Origin: Parcubacteria group bacterium
GTDB taxonomy: Bacteria; Patescibacteriota; Patescibacteriia; UBA11705; JABHMO01
DNA: 64,000 nt
Direction of reading: 5' to 3'
NCBI GenBank assembly: GCA_043797615.1
Contig: JAZDPK010000030.1
Span: 9,067-73,066, forward strand
How positions within the stretch are numbered: position 1 is the stretch's first letter; each line of letters starts with the position of its first letter. Both the position numbers and the translations under genes were made by a program. Under the pieces are notes generated by a model. That model had not been told where the DNA came from. It saw only the letters and a list, made by a program, of their open reading frames with translations, and did not search any database. This document shows, piece after piece, positions 36,284 through 42,865 of the stretch.

Positions 36284-37144
36284 TTAAGGATTTTTTTTCT
36301 TCACCCTCCGCCGTTTGATCGCTTTTTTCAATTCAAGGACAAAATCCGCCGGTTCGATTTCATTGGTAAATTCAAACGCTTTGATTTTCTTCGCTTGCGC
36401 TTTGGCTGATTTGAACTCCGGCTTTTTAATCATTTCCGAATTGAATTCTGACCGATTGCGGCTTTCCGTTAAAATCGCGTTTTCCAGAAAATCAATCGTT
36501 GCGTTCGGTTTGTTCATTTGCGCGTCAAGATCTTTGAAAATTTCGTTCAACGCCTGGTTTATTTTATTTTTTATTTCCAGCGCTTTATCGATAATTTGCT
36601 GCTTGGAAAGCTGCTTTTCAACGAGAATAAAAATTTCTTCGCCGCCGAGGCGCGCGGAAAAGCCGCTATCCTTGGTGCATTCGAGCAAAACCTGCCCGAC
36701 TTTTTGCAAAGCAATATCGCCGAACGTATGGGAAAACTCATTGTAAGCCTTGAAAAAATCAATGTCCATACTGACGACGGAAATTGTTCTTATCTTATCC
36801 GAAGAATTTTCAACGGCTTTGAAATATTCGATTCCTTTTTTAAACAATCCTCTCCGGTTTTCCAAATGCGTCAATCCATCCATGTCCACCGATTCTTCGA
36901 ACCGTTCCAGTAATCCGGCGGCCGCAGTCAATTCATCTTCCGCAAATTCGCCTTTCAAATCGGTTTTCAAAATCTCGGGCAATCGCACTTGCTTAGAAAT
37001 ATCCTGCAATTCATTTTCAATTTTCTTCTTTTTCGCGACAAGCCAGGCGTTTTCCTTGGCCGATAAAAAATCATTCGACCGTTTTCCCTGTTCGCCTGCC
37101 AGAGTTGCCAGCGCCAATATGTTGTTCGCTTCGTTTTTATGCAT
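36284..37144 (-). CDS. GGDEF-domain protein (GGEEIF variant)
   Basis: Contains MDIDFFKAYNEFSHTFGD ... ARLGGEEIFILV. The gene ends in the A8 run ...KKKNP*. Confidence 0.7.
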   Translation of the reverse strand: MHKNEANNILALATLAGEQGKRSNDFLSAKENAWLVAKKKKIENELQDISKQVRLPEILKTDLKGEFAEDELTAAAGLLERFEESVDMDGLTHLENRRGLFKKGIEYFKAVENSSDKIRTISVVSMDIDFFKAYNEFSHTFGDIALQKVGQVLLECTKDSGFSARLGGEEIFILVEKQLSKQQIIDKALEIKNKINQALNEIFKDLDAQMNKPNATIDFLENAILTESRNRSEFNSEMIKKPEFKSAKAQAKKIKAFEFTNEIEPADFVLELKKAIKRRRVKKKNP

Positions 37145-37228
37145 AAATTTGATATTTAATTATACAGGCATTATACAACAGCTTTATCGTTAAAAAAAGA
37201 AAAGCCTTGTTCGATTGCGAACCAGGCT

Positions 37229-37366
37229 TTAGTTGATTTTCACCCCGCGCTTTTCAGCGATTTGCCGGAGTTTCAATTCAACCAAGTCCAGCATTTTTTC
37301 GCTTACTTTTTCGCTAAACTTCGGCTTTTTTAATCCACGCTTGCGCTTTCCTTTCTTAACGTTCAT
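37229..37366 (-). CDS. Small basic protein (45 aa, MNVKKGKRKRGLKKPKF...)
   Basis: SD GGAGGTG lies 5 nt before the ATG. The promoter is TTGACA-17-TAAATT, and a terminator hairpin lies at about 37203-37228. Confidence 0.5.
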   Translation of the reverse strand: MNVKKGKRKRGLKKPKFSEKVSEKMLDLVELKLRQIAEKRGVKIN

Positions 37367-37505
37367 TTTTGCACCTCCGAAATTTTTACTTGTGTTGTAT
37401 GAATTTAGCATAATTAAAAAGCATTGTCAAATCCATGCTATTGCCATTTATTACAATAATAATATAATAAACTGGCTTCAACCATTTATAAACCGGAGGT
37501 AAAAC

Positions 37506-37706
37506 ATGGAATTCTGTCCAAGATGCGCGAACATTCTGATTGAAAAAGAGACTCATCTTGCTTGCAGCAGCAAAGGATGTTCATACGCTATTCGAAAAAA
37601 AACGATTGAATCCGATCCAAGAAGAAAAACTGTCAATCGCATCAACGAGCGCGCCGGACTGCAGGGACTGACCAGAGACGGCCGGTCGGTGCTCGGAAAC
37701 AGATAA
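37506..37706 (+). CDS. Small zinc-ribbon protein (66 aa, MEFCPRCANIL...)
   Basis: CPRC...C..KGC forms a zinc-ribbon pattern. SD GGAGGT lies 5 nt before the ATG. The promoter is TTGCCA-16-TATAAT. Confidence 0.55.
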   Translation: MEFCPRCANILIEKETHLACSSKGCSYAIRKKTIESDPRRKTVNRINERAGLQGLTRDGRSVLGNR

Positions 37707-37747
37707 CGCTCGCAAAAGAGCGAACCTAAAAGGATCGCTCTTTAAAT

Positions 37748-38254
37748 TTACATGAATGATTTGATGCTTTTCAGGGCTTGCGGAAAAAGAGGGATGAACA
37801 TCAAGGCGATTTTCAACAACGTTTTGGCGACAACGGACGCGGCCATCTGGTCCATGACCCAGTCGCTTAGCGGATATTTCAGCATGAAGAACAGAACGAT
37901 CGACAGAATGAAAATCCCCTCGGCGAATCCAAGGATCAGACCGAGCAAACGGTCAAAACTGGCGATGAAAGGAAGCACCGTGATTATCTGGAAAATCTTG
38001 CCGAATGCCCAGAACAGCAGGCTGATGATTTTGATGGAAACGCCGAAAATCAAAATGAACGCGATGATGTGCGCCAAATTCGATCCGCCGAACCAGGCGC
38101 CGACCAGGAGGTAATACCGGCTGGCGACGACCGCCGCGAGAATAAGTCCGATGATCGAGCCGAGCGATTCCAGAAAGCCTTTTTTAAATCCGAGCAGCGC
38201 GATGATTAAAATTATTCCGAGCAAAATGTAATCAAGCGTGACCATATATTTCAT
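37748..38254 (-). CDS. cvpA: CvpA-family membrane protein
   Basis: 168 aa and 4 TM. The N-terminus LDYILLGIILIIALLGFKKGF is typical of CvpA. Confidence 0.75.
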   Translation of the reverse strand: MKYMVTLDYILLGIILIIALLGFKKGFLESLGSIIGLILAAVVASRYYLLVGAWFGGSNLAHIIAFILIFGVSIKIISLLFWAFGKIFQIITVLPFIASFDRLLGLILGFAEGIFILSIVLFFMLKYPLSDWVMDQMAASVVAKTLLKIALMFIPLFPQALKSIKSFM

Positions 38255-38386
38255 TGATCATTTATGTTTGAATTATAGCATATTCAATTGTTTGGTGGAA
38301 TATGTCCGCCGGTTTCATATTATAGCCTATGAAGCCGCAATCTTTTGAAATTTGTAATTATTTGTAAATTTGTATATTTGTAGAGA

Positions 38387-39253
38387 TTAGTAATTCGTAA
38401 CGAACAGATTTCTCGCGTTTTCATCTGTTATCTTTTCCGCTTTTTCAACTGTCCATCCTTTGATCTCCGCAATTTTTTTTACGACAAACTCGACGTACTT
38501 CGGTTCGTTGCGCTTGCCGCGATAAGGAACCGGCGCAAGATACGGGCAATCGGTTTCCGCCAGGATGCGGTTTTCCGGAATTTCTTTCAATATTTTTTCC
38601 AGCTTTCCGGTTTTATCGAAAGTGATGATGCCGTTGAAGCCGAAATAAAATCCCAGGTCCAGAAAAGTTTTCACCGTTTCCATTGGACCGACGTAGCAAT
38701 GCAGTACGCCGCCCTTGTCTGGCATGTTTTCTTTCAAAATCTCCAGCATATCGGCGTACGCTTCTTCAATATTTTCCTTCGTGCCGCGGCAATGCAGGAT
38801 CATCGGCAATTTCAATTCATCCGCCAATTTTATATGTTCGATAAAAACTTTTTTTTGCTTTTCTTTTTTTTCCGCGATTGCAGTGTTTTCTTGATTTTTT
38901 GATTTATTGATTTCTTGATTCAAGTGGAAATAATCCAAACCGGTCTCTCCGATGGCAACGACTTTTTTATTGTCCGCCATCTTTTTATAATCTTCAGAAT
39001 CAAAATCTTCTCTTTTCGATTTGAACATCGCGCCATCTTCTTTCACTTCCATTTCTTCCAAATGAATCGGATGCAAACCGATCGCCGCGTAAACGTTTTT
39101 AAATCGTTCCGCCATTTCCTTCGCCCGCTCGCTGGTTGAAAATTGAGAGCCGACCAAAATCAAGCCGAGATTGTTTTTCTCGGCTTCCTGCAGGATTTCT
39201 TCCGAATCGTTTTTAAACGCGTTGAAATTCACGTGCGCGTGGGTATCGAACAT
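38387..39253 (-). CDS. tatD: TatD-family metal-dependent hydrolase/DNase
   Basis: Starts MFDTHAHVNF.. and shows conserved His/Glu/Asp positions (HCR, ETDCPY). Confidence 0.9.
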   Translation of the reverse strand: MFDTHAHVNFNAFKNDSEEILQEAEKNNLGLILVGSQFSTSERAKEMAERFKNVYAAIGLHPIHLEEMEVKEDGAMFKSKREDFDSEDYKKMADNKKVVAIGETGLDYFHLNQEINKSKNQENTAIAEKKEKQKKVFIEHIKLADELKLPMILHCRGTKENIEEAYADMLEILKENMPDKGGVLHCYVGPMETVKTFLDLGFYFGFNGIITFDKTGKLEKILKEIPENRILAETDCPYLAPVPYRGKRNEPKYVEFVVKKIAEIKGWTVEKAEKITDENARNLFVTNY

Positions 39254-39261
39254 ATTTTACA

Positions 39262-39379
39262 ATAATCCGAATTAACACAATCAAAAAAAATTAAACATCC
39301 GAATGCTCCGAATATTCTTAGGACTAAATAACATTAGTAGTTTGCATTCGAAGAATTCGGATATATTTATTCGGATTAT
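39262..39379. repeat. TCCGAAT-family MITE-like element E3, with an adjacent partial copy at 39383-39419
   Basis: Perfect 11-bp terminal inverted repeats ATAATCCGAAT (39262-39272) / ATTCGGATTAT (39369-39379). ACA flanks both sides (39259-39261 and 39380-39382). The internal TCCGAATGCTCCGAATA matches, as its reverse complement, the right arm of E1. Confidence 0.6.
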
Positions 39380-39423
39380 ACATTGAGAGAATTCGGACTT
39401 TCCTCTTCATTCGGATTATGCAT

Positions 39424-40941
39424 TTATTTTCTAACGAACAGCGGTTCTACTTTCCCGATCTTCGTCCCTGCTTTTAATCCGTTGATTTTTTGCGCTTTTT
39501 CGAATTTAACGTCTTTTTCGCCGATGACATCGCGAATATTTTTCGCCGCCGCCGGAAGAATCGGATCAATCAACCAAGATAAATGGCGGATTATTTCCAA
39601 GAGATTGTAGATGATCTGATCGATTTCATCTTGCTTGCTTGCTTTCGCCAAATGCCACGGTTTTTTTTCATCGATGTAACCGTCGCACCACTGTATCAAT
39701 TTCCAAATTTCTTTTATATTTTCGAATATTTTGCAATCTTCGTAATTCGCATCGATCGTTTGCCATAACCTTGATAAATCAAAATTAGCCGTAAATTTCG
39801 CTTTTGGAACTTTGGAACCGCAATATTTTTCATCCATGCTGACGACGCGGCTGACCAGATTGCCTAGTCCGTTCGCCAGATCAGAATTATATTTCACTGT
39901 AAAATCGTCGGCTTTCACATCGCCGTCCGTTTCCGCCGGAAACTGCGAGAGAATCAAATATCGCGCCGCGTCTTGGCCGAATTCCGCGACCAAATTATTC
40001 GGATCAATCACGTTGCCCACGGTCTTGCTCATTTTCTGGCCGTTGATTGTCATGTAGCCGTGGATGAAAATCGCTTTCGGCAATTCCGCGCCAAGGCTGA
40101 TCAGCATCGCCGGCCAGATCAAGGTGTGGAATTTCAAAATGTCTTTTCCGATGACATGCAGATCCGCCGGCCAAAAATTTTTGAATAATTTCCCTTTCGG
40201 GTATCCAAGGCCGGAAATGTAATTGATGAGCGCGTCAACCCAGACGTAAACGGTTTGCTTTTTGTCCCACGGAATCGGGATTCCCCACTTCACGTTTTCG
40301 CGGCTGATCGCCACGTCTTCCAGCCCGCCTTCGATAAAACCGAGCACTTCCTTTTTCCGCGTTTCCGGCAGAATTTTTAATTCATTGTCGCTGATTTTCT
40401 GCTTTAAAATTACAGCATAGTCGGATAATTTCAAATACCAGTTTTCCTCATTCAACAATTGCGGAGCAATGTCATGGTCAGGACATTTTCCATTGACTAA
40501 ATCGCTTTCCTTTTTGTACGATTCGCAGCCCACGCAATACAAGCCTTCGTAATTTCCTTTGTAAATAAAATGATTGGCAAGCGGCGTTTGTGCTTCTTTC
40601 AGTTTCAATAAAACTTGCTCAACGATTTCCATATGCCGCGGTTCTGTCGTGCGGATGAAATCGTTGTTTGAAATGTTCAAATTTTTCCAAGCTTTTTTGT
40701 AAAGCTCAGAAATTTTATCGGTGAATTCTTGCGGCGTTTTACCGGTTTTTTCCGCCGCTTGCGCCACTTTCGCGCCATGCTCGTCCGTGCCGGCCAGAAA
40801 CCAAACGTTTTTTTCGCCGGATTTAAAGCGATTGTATCGAGATAAAACATCTGCGATCAGTGTGGTGTACGCGTGGCCGATGTGCGGCGCGTTGTTCAAG
40901 TAATAAATCGGAGTGGTAACGTAGAATTTATTTTTTGCCAT
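39424..40941 (-). CDS. metG: Methionyl-tRNA synthetase
   Basis: 505 aa. Contains PIYYLNNAPHIGHAYT (HIGH) and KMSKTVGN (KMSKS). Confidence 0.95.
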   Translation of the reverse strand: MAKNKFYVTTPIYYLNNAPHIGHAYTTLIADVLSRYNRFKSGEKNVWFLAGTDEHGAKVAQAAEKTGKTPQEFTDKISELYKKAWKNLNISNNDFIRTTEPRHMEIVEQVLLKLKEAQTPLANHFIYKGNYEGLYCVGCESYKKESDLVNGKCPDHDIAPQLLNEENWYLKLSDYAVILKQKISDNELKILPETRKKEVLGFIEGGLEDVAISRENVKWGIPIPWDKKQTVYVWVDALINYISGLGYPKGKLFKNFWPADLHVIGKDILKFHTLIWPAMLISLGAELPKAIFIHGYMTINGQKMSKTVGNVIDPNNLVAEFGQDAARYLILSQFPAETDGDVKADDFTVKYNSDLANGLGNLVSRVVSMDEKYCGSKVPKAKFTANFDLSRLWQTIDANYEDCKIFENIKEIWKLIQWCDGYIDEKKPWHLAKASKQDEIDQIIYNLLEIIRHLSWLIDPILPAAAKNIRDVIGEKDVKFEKAQKINGLKAGTKIGKVEPLFVRK

Positions 40942-41001
40942 ATGTATTGGTTAACTAGTTAACTGGTTTACTGGCTTGCCATGAACCGAGCTTATTCTGG
41001 T

Positions 41002-41688
41002 TCATGGTTGTCCTGTTTTTTTAGATTGCTTTATCGAACTGATCACTATAACAAATTCGCCTTTTTGTTTATCCTTAACTTGCTCAATCACTTCATCGAT
41101 ATTTCCGCGGTAAATCGACTCGAACACCTTCGTCATTTCGCGGCAAACCACGATTTTGCGGTTTGAACCGATGTGATTTTTCAATTCAGTCAGATTTTTC
41201 AGAACGCGGTGCGGCGAATCGTAATAGCATACTGTCATGTCTGCATTTTCTATCGTTTCATAAAATTTCGTTTTGCCTTTGTGCGGAATAAAACCGAGGA
41301 ATAAAAATTTATCCGTGGGCAAACCGGAAACCGATAAGGCGGAAATCGCCGCGCACGGACCCGGAATCGGAATAATGTTAGCGCCGGATTGAAGCGCAAT
41401 TTCCACGATTTTATTTCCCGGATCGGAAATGCCCGGCGTGCCCGCGTCCGTCGCGTAAGCGATTTGATTGAATTGATTTATTGATTTTTTGATTTCTTCT
41501 TCTCTTGAATGCTGGTGGAAACTGATCATCCTTTTGTTGACTTCATAATGCTTGAGTAATTTTCCCGTCTGCCGCGTGTCTTCGCAGAAAATAACGTCAA
41601 CGCTTTTTAAAATTTCAATCGCTCTCAAAGTCATGTCCTTGAGATTTCCGATCGGCGTCGCGACAATGTACAGATTTTTGTTTTCCAT
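41002..41688 (-). CDS. rsmI: 16S rRNA (cytidine1402-2'-O)-methyltransferase RsmI
   Basis: 228 aa. Contains LYIVATPIGNLKDMTLRA...IFCEDTR. Confidence 0.9.
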   Translation of the reverse strand: MENKNLYIVATPIGNLKDMTLRAIEILKSVDVIFCEDTRQTGKLLKHYEVNKRMISFHQHSREEEIKKSINQFNQIAYATDAGTPGISDPGNKIVEIALQSGANIIPIPGPCAAISALSVSGLPTDKFLFLGFIPHKGKTKFYETIENADMTVCYYDSPHRVLKNLTELKNHIGSNRKIVVCREMTKVFESIYRGNIDEVIEQVKDKQKGEFVIVISSIKQSKKTGQP

Positions 41689-41791
41689 AAAACAATATTA
41701 TTGTAACGGAAAATTGCGAATTTGTCCATTTACCGACTAATGGATTGAAGTGAAATTTGCGCTTTATTGATAATCGCGATATAATGTTTTT

Positions 41792-41876
41792 GCCTTTGAA
41801 TTTCTTGCGGGATCAAGGTTCAGGGGCGTTCCCCACATGCCCCGTTGGTAATTTCGCCGACGGGGCTCTTTTTTTA
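41792..41876 (+). ncRNA. Candidate small RNA (about 85 nt)
   Basis: A TTGCGC-17-TATAAT promoter (41757-41785) is followed by a terminator GCCCCGT/ACGGGGC (41839-41866) plus TCTTTTTTT. There is no ORF. Confidence 0.3.
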
Positions 41877-42052
41877 ATAAAAAATACTATCCACAAATGC
41901 CTTGCATATTATTTTTGCATAGCTGTCTTATAATGATTTCGCTCACATAAACATGCGAAAACGCATTCGAAGCGCCTCGCTTTTGCGATGGAATGAGGCG
42001 CTTATTTTTTATTAATTTTAGATAAAAAATGTATATTTAATAATCAACGCTG

Positions 42053-42081
42053 TTGACAATATTTTAATTTTATGCTATACT
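42053..42081 (+). promoter_or_regulatory. Consensus sigma70 promoter of the orphan structured transcript
   Basis: TTGACA (42053-42058), a 17-nt spacer, then TATACT (42076-42081). Confidence 0.65.
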
Positions 42082-42336
42082 ATCCACATGTTCCTTAAAA
42101 ATGGTCGGGTCGTTTATCCCGGCCGGGAAAACTGGGGCTGAAAAAGCGCCCCCAAAAAAACGGGGTCTGACCAGGCCCCACCTGCGAAGCGCCGCTTCGC
42201 TCGAGCTAATGGACTCCCGTTGTCAAAGGGAGAGGTCTCGAGCGCATGCGCCGCAAAAATCCTTAAACCGTCGGCCGATTCATTCGCATATTGCGATGAA
42301 TCCAAGCCCCTACTAGTTAGAAAGGAGGAACAGGGA

Positions 42337-42369
42337 ATGAGTACGCTATATCCGTGTCCGTTTCTGTAG
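42337..42369 (+). CDS. Micro-ORF 1: MSTLYPCPFL*
   Basis: AGAAAGGAGGAAC lies 8 nt before the ATG. It is a paralog of micro-ORF 2. Confidence 0.4.
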   Translation: MSTLYPCPFL

Positions 42370-42493
42370 TGACGATTTGTGTCGCGGCATGTTCAACCCG
42401 CCGAGCCAAATAAATCCGGGCGCATAATCCTACGCCAGCGCCCAACGCCTAAAACGGATTTCGGCCGGCACGACCTTAAGAAAGGAGGAACGG

Positions 42494-42526
42494 GTGGCAT
42501 ATCTTTATCCAGTTCCGTTCTACTAG
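42494..42526 (+). CDS. Micro-ORF 2: (GTG)MAYLYPVPFY*
   Basis: An identical AGAAAGGAGGAAC lies 5 nt before the GTG. The shared L-Y-P-x-P-F is encoded with synonymous differences. Confidence 0.4.
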   Translation: MAYLYPVPFY

Positions 42527-42748
42527 CGTAGTGGTCGTGGGTGCGGCTGACAACCTGTAAAAGTTAGGCCGCGTTTATCAACCTCCTCAACAACGGGCGC
42601 AGGAGTTATTACTATGACGATGTAGTTACGAGGGCACCCGAATACAAGGAAAGACGCCGGGCAAAGGTGAAGTTCAGATCACCTTAATAACTGAACGGGC
42701 GCGAGACTTCGCGTCTGGCCATACTGGATAAGGCTTGAATCCAGCTCG

Positions 42749-42784
42749 ATCAGGAAGCGACACAGCTTGCCTGATTTCTTTTTT
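42749..42784 (+). terminator. Terminator 1 of the orphan transcript
   Basis: ATCAGGAAGC...GCTTGCCTGAT stem with one bulge, followed by TTCTTTTTT. Confidence 0.6.
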
Positions 42785-42794
42785 AAAAAAATCC

Positions 42795-42828
42795 CACTAT
42801 CATGCTCTATAGCATGATAGTGTTTTTT
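42795..42828. terminator. Terminator 2 (bidirectional)
   Basis: A 12-bp perfect stem, CACTATCATGCT/AGCATGATAGTG, with a 4-nt loop, then TTTTTT. An A-tract lies upstream. A related hairpin lies at about 51494-51520. Confidence 0.65.
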
Positions 42829-42865
42829 ACTTTTAAGATTTCTGTTTTTATGCTACATTAAAAAC

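Larger units (their letters stand above)
42088..42784 (+). ncRNA. Unclassified large structured RNA or dual-function transcript (about 0.7 kb)
   Basis: The unit is bounded by a promoter and a terminator. It is visibly more GC-rich than its flanks and contains many short perfect stems (listed in the findings). There is no convincing long ORF. I found no RNase P, tmRNA or SRP signature. Confidence 0.45.

Noticed and set aside
39383-39610. 75-aa plus-strand ORF at the metG 3' end
   Set aside because: It starts inside the TCCGAAT repeat element and runs antisense into metG. It has no SD and a low-complexity translation.
42101-42316. 71-aa ORF (MVGSFIPAGKTGAEKAPPKKRG...NPSPY) at the 5' end of the orphan transcript
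   Set aside because: It has no SD, whereas the adjacent micro-ORFs have perfect ones. Its composition is extremely basic and low-complexity. The frame runs straight through several perfect hairpins. I only kept the observation that its last codons (PSPY-TAG) resemble the micro-ORF ends.
42088-42784. Possibility that the structured RNA is RNase P RNA, tmRNA, SRP RNA, a glycine or c-di-GMP riboswitch, or a group I/II intron
   Set aside because: I could not find the hallmark motifs I remember for these. Missing are GAGGAAAGUCCGGGC and ACAGAACCCGGCUUA for RNase P, a tRNA-like acceptor/T-arm and an Ala-rich tag for tmRNA, GGAAGCAGCCAAGG-type domain IV for SRP, and GGCAAACC/GACGCAAAGC for GEMM-I. 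This is a visual check only; cmscan is needed.
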